Source: Candidatus Magasanikiibacteriota bacterium
GTDB taxonomy: Bacteria > Patescibacteriota > Patescibacteriia > Magasanikbacterales > GWA2-37-8
Assembly: GCA_041666265.1 (NCBI GenBank)
Contig: JBAYHH010000001.1
Location: forward strand, 8,056 to 72,055
Reading direction: 5' to 3'
DNA length: 64,000 nt
The notes below the pieces were generated by a model that worked only from the letters and a program-made list of their open reading frames with translations, was not told where the DNA came from and did not search any database. Numbering within the stretch: position 1 is the stretch's first letter; every line of letters starts with the position of its first letter. The position numbers and the translations under genes were made by a program. Shown piece by piece: positions 20,846 through 30,420 of the stretch.

Positions 20846-20846
20846 T

Positions 20847-21509
20847 ATGATTTTGGTCGTCGTGCCCGCCCACAATGAAGCCAAACAAATCGGTCGCGTG
20901 GTGCGCGGCCTTTTTGAACACGGTTGGAAAGATATCGTCGTGATTGACGACGGCTCGACCGATGATACCGCCGGCGAGGCCACGCGCGCGGGCGCGAAGG
21001 TATTGACGCATGTGATTAATCGCGGGCAGGGGGCGGCGCTACAAACCGGTGATGAATACGCGCGTGCTATCGGGGCCGAGATAGTGGTGCATTTTGACGG
21101 CGACGATCAGATGAATCCCGGTGATATCGGTCCGGCGATTGATGTTTTGAAAAACAACAGCGCTGATGTATTGGTTGGTTCGAGATTCTTGGATGTGCGT
21201 TCTCGTTTGCCGTGGTCAAAAAAATATTTACTTTTGCCGATTTCGCGTTTGATCAATTATTTGTTCACTGGAGTTTGGATGAGCGACGCGCACAATGGCT
21301 TTCGGATTCTAAATTCGCGCGCGCTCGCGGTGATCACGATTCGTCAAGATGGCATGGCGCACAACACCGAGATCATTTGTCAGGTCAAAAAACATCATTT
21401 GAAATTAATCGAGTTTCCGGTCGAGGTGCGCTACCATGAATACGGACAGGGGATCGGGGGCGGGGTGCGCATCATCACTGATTTGATTAAAGAACTAATG
21501 ATGCGGTGA
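20847..21509 (+). CDS. GT2 glycosyltransferase (DPM1-like)
   Basis: PAHNE, DDGSTD, GQGAAL, FDGDDQ, GSRF. Confidence 0.92.
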   Translation: MILVVVPAHNEAKQIGRVVRGLFEHGWKDIVVIDDGSTDDTAGEATRAGAKVLTHVINRGQGAALQTGDEYARAIGAEIVVHFDGDDQMNPGDIGPAIDVLKNNSADVLVGSRFLDVRSRLPWSKKYLLLPISRLINYLFTGVWMSDAHNGFRILNSRALAVITIRQDGMAHNTEIICQVKKHHLKLIEFPVEVRYHEYGQGIGGGVRIITDLIKELMMR

Positions 21510-21612
21510 AAATTATAAATATTAAATTACAAATCCCAAATAAATATCAGATCTCAAATTTTAAAAACGAATCGATTTTGATATTTGTAATTTGAAATTT
21601 TGAATTTAATTT
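21510..21612. repeat. Inverted AT-rich heptamer arrays
   Basis: aaattat aaatatt aaattac aaatccc ... atatttg taatttg aaatttt gaattt. Confidence 0.65.
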
Positions 21613-21615
21613 TCT

Positions 21616-21951
21616 ATGCTATTGATTCAAATTTTGTTAATTATATTCTTTTTTTTCGCGATTATCAAAGTATTTGCTCGTTATCGTAGCGGCGATGTGG
21701 CGATAGGCGCATTTATATTTTGGACCGCTTTGTGGGTAGGCGCCGGTGTTGTTGTTTGGAAACCCGATCTTACCATGCCAATGGCGCGTTGGTTTGGCAT
21801 CGGGCGCGGGACAGATCTCGTGGTTTACGCTTCGATCGCGCTATTATTTTACTTATTTTTTCGTCTGATGGTCAAGGTGGAAAAAATTAACAAAAATATT
21901 ACGAAAATCGCGCGAAAAATCGCGTTGGATGACGGTGATTTAAATAAATAA
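21616..21951 (+). CDS. DUF2304-like membrane protein
   Basis: Three TMs, GIGRGTDLVVY motif, next to a DPM1-like GT2. Confidence 0.85.
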   Translation: MLLIQILLIIFFFFAIIKVFARYRSGDVAIGAFIFWTALWVGAGVVVWKPDLTMPMARWFGIGRGTDLVVYASIALLFYLFFRLMVKVEKINKNITKIARKIALDDGDLNK

Positions 21952-21952
21952 C

Positions 21953-21988
21953 TTATCCACTTGACTCAAGTGGGGGGTATGGTAAAAT
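21953..21988 (+). promoter_or_regulatory. Promoter with palindrome over the -35 box
   Basis: TTGACT-16-TAAAAT; perfect inverted repeat CCACTTGA-C-TCAAGTGG at 21957-21973. Confidence 0.55.
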
Positions 21989-22027
21989 TAACCCATCAAA
22001 CAGAAATTTATTCCTAATTTTTTATTT

Positions 22028-22867
22028 ATGTCGGAAGAAAAGAAATCGTTTTTTGCTTCGCTTGAACCCAAAAGCGCTGTTATTGTTGGATTGGTGGCCG
22101 GAGTTTTAGTTATTTGTTCGGTCGGTTTTTTGGTAATGCTCGGCATGTATTTTTCGAAATCAGGTAATAGTATTATTGATAAAAGCGATGCTCCGGCAGA
22201 TGATGTAGCCGACAATCCGGCAGATGCCGCGCCGGTCGTGCAGGCGCCGAAGTCCGACAAACCGGTGGTTGAGTTATTTGTAATGTCTTATTGTCCGTAT
22301 GGCCTCCAAATGCAAAAGGCTTTTACTCCCGTGATGAAATTATTGGGTAGCAAGGCTGATATGAGCATCAAATTTGTATCATACGCCATGCACGGCCAAA
22401 AAGAAGTCGAAGAGAATACTCGTCAATATTGTATTGAAAGCGAACAGCCGGCAAAATTTATTGCCTATGTTGATTGTTTTTCCGTTAGTAGCGACTCGGT
22501 AGCATGTCAAAAAACTGTCGGTATCAACGAAAGTAAGATGAATGCCTGTGTGGACAAAACCAACAAGCAATTCAAGACCATGGAGTTATTCAACGATCAA
22601 AGCACTTGGCTTTCCGGTCAATATCCGCAATACCCGGTTCACGCCAGTTTAAATGAAAAATATGGTGTTCAAGGTTCTCCCACTCTCGTGATCAATGGCG
22701 CTCAAGTGGAATCAAATCGTTCTGCTGAAGCTATCAAGACGGTTGTGTGTGAGGCTTTTAATAATAAGCCGGCAGAGTGTTCGCAAACACTTAGCACCGC
22801 TTCCGCCTCGGCCGGATTTGGCGCCGGCACCGGCGCTGATACCGCCGGCGCAGAGTGTGGACCGTAA
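22028..22867 (+). CDS. Membrane-anchored thioredoxin/DsbA-fold protein
   Basis: VELFVMSYCPYG (single Cys at the motif), GVQGSPTLVING. Confidence 0.8.
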   Translation: MSEEKKSFFASLEPKSAVIVGLVAGVLVICSVGFLVMLGMYFSKSGNSIIDKSDAPADDVADNPADAAPVVQAPKSDKPVVELFVMSYCPYGLQMQKAFTPVMKLLGSKADMSIKFVSYAMHGQKEVEENTRQYCIESEQPAKFIAYVDCFSVSSDSVACQKTVGINESKMNACVDKTNKQFKTMELFNDQSTWLSGQYPQYPVHASLNEKYGVQGSPTLVINGAQVESNRSAEAIKTVVCEAFNNKPAECSQTLSTASASAGFGAGTGADTAGAECGP

Positions 22868-22889
22868 TTTAATTCAGTAATTAAATGGT

Positions 22890-23201
22890 ATGGGCAATTT
22901 CAAAAAAGGATTATTCCTTGGTGGATTACTCGGTGCCGGCATGATGTGGCTTAATGCCACTCCCAAAGGCCGTGAAATGCGCGCTAAATTAGTGGAGCAC
23001 CTCAATCCGCTTTATATCGAGCTCAAAGAAAGCATTAAACAACTTGAAGGCCCTACTCGTGAAATGTATGAGGCGCTCGTTGATCGCGCGGTCGAAGAAT
23101 ATTCCGCCAAAAAGGAAATGGCCGATGAAATGAAGGCGGTGCTTATCAAAAAACTCAAATGTAAATGGAAGGACTTGGAAAAAGAGTTGAAGAAAAAATA
23201 A
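22890..23201 (+). CDS. YtxH-like protein
   Basis: GLFLGGLLGAG...TPKGRE.R motif. Confidence 0.8.
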   Translation: MGNFKKGLFLGGLLGAGMMWLNATPKGREMRAKLVEHLNPLYIELKESIKQLEGPTREMYEALVDRAVEEYSAKKEMADEMKAVLIKKLKCKWKDLEKELKKK

Positions 23202-23216
23202 CCGATCTCTTAAAAT

Positions 23217-23322
23217 AAAACCAGCATTACAGATAATCTTTTCGCTTTCCTCGACCGCGAGGTCTCGGGGATGGTCCTGTGGGACCATAACCCGCTCAAA
23301 GAATATCTGTCATGCTGGTTTT
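23217..23322. repeat. Structured dispersed element, copy 2 (core 23242-23297)
   Basis: Same 56-nt core with compensatory changes; ~25-bp outer inverted repeat. Confidence 0.9.
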
Positions 23323-23363
23323 TCATTTAAAATATCTGTCCGGCTGTTTTTAAATACACAAAA

Positions 23364-23442
23364 AATTGGCCTTTGATAATGTATTTTCAGCACTCTACGA
23401 GCGAAGCGAGCTTGGCTGAAAATATATTATCTAAGGCCAATT
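23364..23442. repeat. Long hairpin with GAGCGAAGCGAG apex
   Basis: aattggcctttgataatgtattttcagc ... gctgaaaatatattatctaaggccaatt. Confidence 0.7.
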
Positions 23443-23448
23443 ATTAAA

Positions 23449-25263
23449 TTAGATAGTTTTTTTAATGTCGGTTATTTTTAGTTCCAGTTCACGGTTGCCG
23501 TTCCATTCATTGACGCCGACCGTGAAAGCGAGATCGATTTTGTCACCCGGTTTGAGATTTTTCTTCCAATCAGAAGGATGGCGATTGCTATCTCCAAATC
23601 CAAAGGCGATAGTTTTACGCACGGTGTGAGAGTTGTGTTTTACCATCAGGCGAAGGTGTTTACCGTTTTGGCCGATGGGGTCGGCGGAAATCAAAGTGAG
23701 ATCGCGCGCGCCATATACCGGCTCCTCGTTATTCATCCCAAATGGTTCGAATTTTTGTAGTAAATCGTAAAGTTTCCAGTTGACATCCTCGAGGTTCACT
23801 TCGGCATCAATATTAATTTGTGGCACCAGTTCGACGCCTGTCAGCAAAGTTTCAGCACGGGCCATTATGGCAGATTTGAATTTTTCCAAAGTTTGTTCGT
23901 CTTTGATCGATAATCCCGCTGCTTGCGGATGTCCGCCAAATTTAAGAAAATATTCCGGCATGCTCTGCAAAGCCTCGATTAAATTAAATTCGGAGATACT
24001 ACGGCCACTGCCGACAATTTCTTTGTCGGCGTTGAGTCCGAGGGCGAGCGCCGGTTTGTAAAATTCATCCTTAAGTCGTCCCGACACCAATCCCAAAATT
24101 CCGGTTGGCCATGACGGGTCAAACGCAAATAGTACCGGATTATTTTTTTGGTCCGAATTAATGATTTGTTCACGCGCCGCGGTCAAAATTTGATCGGTTA
24201 ATTTTTGGCGGTCAGTGTTATTTTTATTTAGTTGTTCAGCCAATATTTTCGCCTCTTCGACACCTTCGCTCATCAAAAGCGCCAGGGCGGTATTGGCGTG
24301 ATCCATGCGTCCGGCGGCATTGAGACGGGGAACGATTTGAAATCCAACCGCGTGCGTGTCGATTGGTCCGCGTTTTTGTTTGCCATTTTCGTCCAGAATT
24401 CCGGCGTTAATCATGAGTTCGCGCAGTCCCAGATTTTTGGTTTTATTGAGGACGGTGAGCCCGTAGCGGGTGAGAGTGCGACTTTCACCAATGAGAGGCA
24501 CCATATCTCCGACAGTGGCGATCGCGACCAAATCGAGCATCCATTTTTCAAATCCTTCGCACGATTCACCAGTGGCGGTTTTGCCTTCAGTCGCCGGGCA
24601 GTGCTTTTGCAGTAGAGCTTGTGCCAGTTTAAAAGCCACGCCCGCTCCACATAATCCCTGGTCGGGATAAGTTTCACCCGGTAATTTGGGATGGATCACT
24701 GCGTCTGCCGGGGGCATCGCCGAGGGAATTGCATGGTGATCAGTGACGACCACCCGCATTCCGAGATCTTTGGCCAGTTTGATTTCTTCCAAATTACTGA
24801 CACCGCAATCACAGGTAATGATTAAATCGGTTTTGTGTTTTTCCTTCAGATGCTTGACCGTATTTTTATTCACTCCATAACCATCAATTTCGCGATGGGG
24901 AAGAAAAACGCGCGTGCCTTCCATATTTTCGGCAGTTACAAATGGCTTGGCGCCGAGCGCAAGCAAGGTATTTACCAAAATAGTGCTCGCGCAGACGCCA
25001 TCGGCATCATAGTCGCCATGTACAGTGATATTTTTTTGGTTTTGAATAGCTTCAAAAATAATCGCCACGGCTTTTTCCATGTCGCGAAATAAAAACGGAT
25101 CATGAATATCGCTCGTATAATCCGGATTTAAAAATTCGTCAATCAGTTCCGGCGTGCGAATATCGCGATTCCAAAGTAGGCGCGCCACAATCGGCGGCAG
25201 TTCGGGGTGAATAGATATAAAATCCGCCGGCGGGGCGGGTGGGATGATCCATTTTTTCGACAT
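23449..25263 (-). CDS. recJ: Single-stranded DNA exonuclease RecJ
   Basis: GDYDADG, TCDCG, TDHH, PRLNAAGR, GSGRS, GGH..AAG, PFG..N. Confidence 0.98.
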   Translation of the reverse strand: MSKKWIIPPAPPADFISIHPELPPIVARLLWNRDIRTPELIDEFLNPDYTSDIHDPFLFRDMEKAVAIIFEAIQNQKNITVHGDYDADGVCASTILVNTLLALGAKPFVTAENMEGTRVFLPHREIDGYGVNKNTVKHLKEKHKTDLIITCDCGVSNLEEIKLAKDLGMRVVVTDHHAIPSAMPPADAVIHPKLPGETYPDQGLCGAGVAFKLAQALLQKHCPATEGKTATGESCEGFEKWMLDLVAIATVGDMVPLIGESRTLTRYGLTVLNKTKNLGLRELMINAGILDENGKQKRGPIDTHAVGFQIVPRLNAAGRMDHANTALALLMSEGVEEAKILAEQLNKNNTDRQKLTDQILTAAREQIINSDQKNNPVLFAFDPSWPTGILGLVSGRLKDEFYKPALALGLNADKEIVGSGRSISEFNLIEALQSMPEYFLKFGGHPQAAGLSIKDEQTLEKFKSAIMARAETLLTGVELVPQINIDAEVNLEDVNWKLYDLLQKFEPFGMNNEEPVYGARDLTLISADPIGQNGKHLRLMVKHNSHTVRKTIAFGFGDSNRHPSDWKKNLKPGDKIDLAFTVGVNEWNGNRELELKITDIKKTI

Positions 25264-25280
25264 ACCAGAACAAATAGAAT

Positions 25281-25673
25281 TTATTTTTTTAAAAGTCCGT
25301 GCAGGCCAATGGCCCGAAAATCCCAATAACTATCGGCGAGAAAGATGGTAAAAGCTAAAAATAAAGCGTTGATCGACCAGTAGTCGGAAGCGGGGATGGG
25401 CGAGCTATATGACGCGAATACCATCACTCCGAGCGCGATCCAGTAAAATAACGATTTACCGGTAAGGGTGCGTCGATCCGACAGCACGACAGTGGCGCGC
25501 ACGCGCAAAAGTCCGGTAATATAAATAATCAAAATCGGTATCGCAATCAACCATTCATAACGATGCGGATCAACCCCGATAAATTTGAAGAAATAAAACA
25601 ACGCCCAAACTAAAAGCAAAAATGCGAAAAATAAAAAAACTATATCGAGCTGATACTTGCGTAATATTTGCAT
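25281..25673 (-). CDS. Hypothetical four-TM membrane protein
   Basis: Four hydrophobic segments. Confidence 0.8.
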   Translation of the reverse strand: MQILRKYQLDIVFLFFAFLLLVWALFYFFKFIGVDPHRYEWLIAIPILIIYITGLLRVRATVVLSDRRTLTGKSLFYWIALGVMVFASYSSPIPASDYWSINALFLAFTIFLADSYWDFRAIGLHGLLKK

Positions 25674-25674
25674 A

Positions 25675-25770
25675 TTATTGAAAAGCCGGCGCGATGGTAA
25701 ATAAAATCATGGCAAAAATGCCGATAATCGCCACCAATGCCCAGAGAGACTTAATAGTTTTGTGACGCAT
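25675..25770 (-). CDS. 31-aa single-TM micro-protein MRHKTIKSLWALVAIIGIFAMILFTIAPAFQ
   Basis: Read by hand (below track cutoff); basic N-terminus plus TM helix; stop lies 1 nt before the next ATG. Confidence 0.7.
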   Translation of the reverse strand: MRHKTIKSLWALVAIIGIFAMILFTIAPAFQ

Positions 25771-25796
25771 AATATTGCATGATAATTACAATGATA

Positions 25797-25883
25797 GTAG
25801 TGAGCGAGTGTTTAATTTGTCTATAAAGCGACACTGCGAAGCATAAGGAGCGTATAGACAAATTAAACACGAGCGAAAACTAC
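25797..25883. repeat. Hairpin element with 18-bp perfect stem and GAGCGA/GAGCGA internal loops
   Basis: gtagt GAGCGA gtgtttaatttgtctata AAGCGA...GAGCG tatagacaaattaaacac GAGCGA aa actac. Confidence 0.75.
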
Positions 25884-25885
25884 AT

Positions 25886-27697
25886 TTATCTCTTGAGTAC
25901 CGCCAGATAAGTCTCGGCCGGAATATCCACTTTGCCATGCGATTTCATGCGCGCTTTGCCTTTTTTCTGCTTCTGGAGCAATTTCATTTTACGCGTATAA
26001 TCGCCACCCGACATTTTAGCGAGAACATCTTTGCGCAAGGCCGATAGGTGTTCGGAAGCGATAATTTTTCCACCCACTGATGCTTGTAATTTTACCATAA
26101 ATTGCTGTTTTGGTAAACTCTCTTTGAGCGATTCGACGATTTTTTTGCCAGTCTTAAACGCTTCGTCTCGCCAAACCAAAGTCGACAATTCTTCCACCAA
26201 ATCCTCCGCCACATAAATATCTAATTTTACCACATCGGTGCTCGCGTAATTCATGTATTCGTAGTTCATCGACGCGTAGCCGCTGGTCACGGTTTTTAGT
26301 TTATCGTAAAAATCCGTCACGAGCGATGCCAATGGAATTTCGTAGTGTAAAAGCGCGCGTTGATCCGCGCCAGCTGACAAATATTCGGTATTCACATATC
26401 GTCCCTGGCGTTCACTGACAAGCGCCATCACATTGCCGACAAAATCCTTGGGGGTGATAATATCCAATGTCATCCAGGGTTCCTCGATGCTTTTGACGCG
26501 CACCGGATCGGGCATGTTTTGCGCGCTTTTAACGACTAATTGTTCATCGTTGGTCTTGGTAACTTTGTAGGCGACACTCGGCACGGTGATGATGATGTCG
26601 AGATCGTGTTCACGGCGAATGCGCTCTTGAAAAATATCCAAATGCAACATGCCAAGGAATCCGCATCGAAAACCAAACCCGAGAGCATGGGAATGCTCGG
26701 GCTCAAACGACAGCGCCGAGTCGCTTAATTTCAGTTTCTCGATCGCGTCGCGCAAATCCTCGTAGCCGTCTCCTTCTTTGGGAAAAATTCCGGCAAATAC
26801 CATTGATTTTACTTCTTTGTACCCCGGTAATTCGACGCCGGCTGTTCCGCGACTATGCTCTTTGTCGTAATTGGTAATCGTGTCGCCGACGCGGCAGTCG
26901 CGCACATCTTTGAGGCCGGTGACAACATAGCCGATTTCGCCATTATTTATTTGTTCGGTCGGATGAAATTTGGGCGCGTAATATCCCACTTCAAGAGCTT
27001 CGGCCGGGGAGTGGGTGCTCATTAAAAAAATCTTGTCATTTTTTTTGAGTATCCCGTCGGTCACGCGTACTGCCGCCACTACTCCGCGATACTCATCGTA
27101 TGAAGAGTCAAAAATTAAGGCGCGCAAGGGAGCGGAAACATTGTCTTGAGGAGGCGGTACGCGCTCTACGACCGCGCGCAAAATTTCATCCACGCCCGAG
27201 CCGGTCTTGCCCGACGCTAAAATGATTTCGTCTTCCTTGCATCCCAATAAATGAATAATTTCCGCTTTGGTTTTTTCCACATTGGCGATCGGCATGTCGA
27301 TCTTATTGATTACCGGAATGATGGTCAGATTTTGTTCGAGTGCCAGATACAAATTGCCGATTGTCTGAGCCTGCACGCCTTGGGTGGCGTCGACGAGTAA
27401 AATCGCGCCTTCCACAGCCGCGAGCGAGCGCGACACTTCATAGTTAAAATCCACATGGCCGGGAGTGTCGATTAAGTTTAGGGTATAGGTATGAGGTGTA
27501 AGGTTGTAGGTCATGCGAACCGGTGTGAGTTTAATGGTGATTCCGCGTTCGCGTTCGAGATCCATGCTGTCCAACAGTTGCGCCTTCATATCGCGTTTGG
27601 CCACCGTGCCGGTTAATTCCAAAAAACGATCCGCAAGGGTCGATTTGCCGTGGTCGATATGGGCGATAATGCAAAAATTTCTGATTAGAGAATTCAT
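25886..27697 (-). CDS. lepA: Elongation factor 4 (LepA)
   Basis: AHIDHGKSTLADR, RERGITIK, DTPGHVDF, GFRCGFLG.LH, RK.KLL..QK.GK. Confidence 0.99.
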   Translation of the reverse strand: MNSLIRNFCIIAHIDHGKSTLADRFLELTGTVAKRDMKAQLLDSMDLERERGITIKLTPVRMTYNLTPHTYTLNLIDTPGHVDFNYEVSRSLAAVEGAILLVDATQGVQAQTIGNLYLALEQNLTIIPVINKIDMPIANVEKTKAEIIHLLGCKEDEIILASGKTGSGVDEILRAVVERVPPPQDNVSAPLRALIFDSSYDEYRGVVAAVRVTDGILKKNDKIFLMSTHSPAEALEVGYYAPKFHPTEQINNGEIGYVVTGLKDVRDCRVGDTITNYDKEHSRGTAGVELPGYKEVKSMVFAGIFPKEGDGYEDLRDAIEKLKLSDSALSFEPEHSHALGFGFRCGFLGMLHLDIFQERIRREHDLDIIITVPSVAYKVTKTNDEQLVVKSAQNMPDPVRVKSIEEPWMTLDIITPKDFVGNVMALVSERQGRYVNTEYLSAGADQRALLHYEIPLASLVTDFYDKLKTVTSGYASMNYEYMNYASTDVVKLDIYVAEDLVEELSTLVWRDEAFKTGKKIVESLKESLPKQQFMVKLQASVGGKIIASEHLSALRKDVLAKMSGGDYTRKMKLLQKQKKGKARMKSHGKVDIPAETYLAVLKR

Positions 27698-27757
27698 GTT
27701 GACAATTATGTTGATTTGCGCTATATTTTTAATCAGTTGTCTATCAGGAGGTGATAA

Positions 27758-27961
27758 ATGGAAACGCTTTATCTTAATATTCAGTTAGCTATTCTATCGT
27801 TCGTTTTATTAGATCTTATTTTTGCTTTCGTGGTCGCAACGGCCATTGAAAGTGAAATTCAAGATCTCCGTCGCCCGCTCCAAAAGGAGGATGGTGGCGG
27901 TGATTGCTTCATGACCACTCATTTTGATGAGGGTGGTGATGAAGATAGGTGGGGTGATTAA
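27758..27961 (+). CDS. Small membrane protein with acidic tail (ORFan)
   Basis: AGGAGGTG SD, one TM, terminator immediately downstream. Confidence 0.6.
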   Translation: METLYLNIQLAILSFVLLDLIFAFVVATAIESEIQDLRRPLQKEDGGGDCFMTTHFDEGGDEDRWGD

Positions 27962-27980
27962 GCCGCCTACTCATTATAAC

Positions 27981-28005
27981 ACCGGCGACTGTTCGCCGGT
28001 TTTTT
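27981..28005 (+). terminator. Intrinsic terminator
   Basis: ACCGGCGA-CTGT-TCGCCGGT-TTTTT. Confidence 0.75.
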
Positions 28006-29623
28006 ATTTAATTTCACCATCGATTTCCGCCGGAATATTGGCGATCCTTAAAAATCGTCGTTGAAAAGCCGTCTTTATATCCATAAATTCCGGTAATTGT
28101 AAACCCCAGCATATCAAACAATATACCAAAAGTCCAGTAATGCCGGCAATGGCTCCTTGAGCAAAAATGCCCCAAAAATAATGCAAATCAAATAATTTAG
28201 CCAGGGGATATTTTAGTAGCTGTATAGTGATAGCCATTGGAGCGGCCGCTACTAAAATTTTTAATAGCGAACGAATTGTTTCGGTGATCTCAAGATTTTT
28301 GGTAATGCGAAAAAGAAAAATAGTTAATAAGATAAAGTTGATCACCGCGCCGATAGCCACACCGAGAGCGAGCCCGGCCACCCCCAAATGATTTTTAAAA
28401 AATATAGCGGACGCGATCGCCGCGATTTCGGCGGTCACACTGATGAAAAACGGCGTTTTGGTATTTTCGAGGGCAAAAAAAGCGCGCGTCATGAGGGGGT
28501 TAAGCGCTTGCGCGAACATGCCGATTGAAAAAAAAGCCAGTGTATCGGCGGTATTGATGGTCGCAGTCCAGTCAAATTCGCCCGATCCCAAAATTACGCG
28601 TACAATTTGGGCGCGCAACACCAAAAAAATAATTGACAAGGGAATAATCAAAAACAAAATTTGTCGAGCCGTGCCCGCGAGCGAGCCGACAAAGTCATTC
28701 ATGTTTTTTTTGCCGGCCGCAGCCGAAAGAGCGGGAAAAGCGGCCAAAGCAAAGGGAATACCGATTACGCCGATCGGCACCCACTGTAAATTGTCGGCAA
28801 ACGAATAAGTCGCCACACTGCCAACAGCGAGCGTGGAGGCGAGAATAGTGATGATCACCGAATTGACATTGGAAATAGCGAGACCCAATGTGCGTGGAAT
28901 CATCAACCGACCGATGATACGCGTATCAATATCGCGCCAGTTAAACTTCCATCCCCAGCGCCAACCGGCCGAGCGCGCGCCCAACATCTGGAGCGCGAGA
29001 TGAAGAAAAGCGCCGAGTATCACGCCAATCGGCAATCCGATCAATCCCAAAGCAGGCACCAAAACCAAAGCGCCAAAAATAATGCCGAGATTGTAAAAAA
29101 TAGGCGCGAGCGCATATAAAACAAATCGGCGCAAAGATTGTAAGATTCCGCCGATTACCATCGATAGTCCAAGCAGTACCGGCGACCAAAACATCAGACG
29201 AATAAAACGGGCGGTCAAAGCGGTGGCGGTGGTATCAAAACCGGGAGCGACCAAGTGCGCCACTTGCGGAGCGAAAATCATGCCGATAAGCGCGAAAAAA
29301 AGCAATAGGACGCCAAAAATATTTAAAATATTATTCGCCAAATCCCACGCGGATGATTTGTCCTCGCCTCGATGATAGAGTCGAGTAAATACCGGAATAA
29401 AACCGGCGGTCAAAGCGCCCACGACAATCAAGTTGTAAATTAAATCCGGAATTTTAAAAGCCGCGTAATACGCGTCCATAGTCGGGCCGGCGCCAAAATA
29501 ATGCGCCAAAATTCGATCGCGCGCGAGACCGATAAATTTGTTTAACAACGAAGTGCCAGCGATAATGATGGCGCCTCCGGTGATACTGCTTGAAGAATGG
29601 TTAAATATTTTTTTCCAAATCAT
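28004..29623 (-). CDS. murJ: Lipid II flippase MurJ
   Basis: GLARDR, AYYAAFKIPD, FIPVF, RAFFALENTKTP; many TMs. Confidence 0.96.
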   Translation of the reverse strand: MIWKKIFNHSSSSITGGAIIIAGTSLLNKFIGLARDRILAHYFGAGPTMDAYYAAFKIPDLIYNLIVVGALTAGFIPVFTRLYHRGEDKSSAWDLANNILNIFGVLLLFFALIGMIFAPQVAHLVAPGFDTTATALTARFIRLMFWSPVLLGLSMVIGGILQSLRRFVLYALAPIFYNLGIIFGALVLVPALGLIGLPIGVILGAFLHLALQMLGARSAGWRWGWKFNWRDIDTRIIGRLMIPRTLGLAISNVNSVIITILASTLAVGSVATYSFADNLQWVPIGVIGIPFALAAFPALSAAAGKKNMNDFVGSLAGTARQILFLIIPLSIIFLVLRAQIVRVILGSGEFDWTATINTADTLAFFSIGMFAQALNPLMTRAFFALENTKTPFFISVTAEIAAIASAIFFKNHLGVAGLALGVAIGAVINFILLTIFLFRITKNLEITETIRSLLKILVAAAPMAITIQLLKYPLAKLFDLHYFWGIFAQGAIAGITGLLVYCLICWGLQLPEFMDIKTAFQRRFLRIANIPAEIDGEIK

Positions 29624-29625
29624 AA

Positions 29626-30318
29626 TTACGGAGCGGTAGTGGTGGCAGCAATCGGCTGAAACGAGGCATTAACCGTGAGCATGGCATAGGTAGTGCGGGA
29701 TTTATCTCCCATGGTCCAACTCGCATAAAACGCCCCCGAAATTCCATCAGCGCGCGAAAAAGTGATTTGTTGAAATGATTTGCCGGTACTTTCGACATCA
29801 ATCGAAAAATTTTTCTTTTGCAATTCTTTTTTGTAATATGACATTAAAAAACCGGGCGAGGTGTCGAGATCGCGCCATTCGATCTGGATCGAGTCGGTTT
29901 GGTCGCTCACCGGCGTGGTGGCGACATTCCACATACTGCGCCATGACCCGCTTTGATTCGCGGAGCTGTCCGGGCTATTCGCGGGCGACAGGTGGGCGAT
30001 CAAAGGAGATAAAATGATTTTTGGGAAAAAAGCGGCTATCTCTACTCCACGATTTTTGTAGCGTCCGGAAACAAAGGTGATATTATCGATATTGTCGCGA
30101 TCATACACCATGATATCGGCGGGAAAATCGGCCGGTAAAGTCTTGATTGACTGTGGTCCGGGTCCAAGCGACAGGCGCAAAGCGATCACGCCTCCAATAA
30201 ACAGGATCACGATGAGCAAGCAACTGGTCAGACAAGTGCGAATGAACCCGCCGCGTTTTTTGGTCAGTTCTTCGATTGGCGGTTCGACGATTTCGATATT
30301 ATCAATGTCTTTGGGCAT
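29626..30318 (-). CDS. Hypothetical membrane-anchored protein
   Basis: One TM followed by an LPADFP.DI..Y motif. Confidence 0.75.
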   Translation of the reverse strand: MPKDIDNIEIVEPPIEELTKKRGGFIRTCLTSCLLIVILFIGGVIALRLSLGPGPQSIKTLPADFPADIMVYDRDNIDNITFVSGRYKNRGVEIAAFFPKIILSPLIAHLSPANSPDSSANQSGSWRSMWNVATTPVSDQTDSIQIEWRDLDTSPGFLMSYYKKELQKKNFSIDVESTGKSFQQITFSRADGISGAFYASWTMGDKSRTTYAMLTVNASFQPIAATTTAP

Positions 30319-30420
30319 AAAAATTTGATAAAATGCTTTTCATATAATACCATGTTTTCACCCATTTGTATAGAGGATAAAGTGTGTTATAATTAACGGT
30401 ATTATAATACCTGTATTATT

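Noticed and set aside
9702-21612. AT-rich repeats as CRISPR arrays
   Set aside because: Units are degenerate 7-mers without unique spacers; no cas genes
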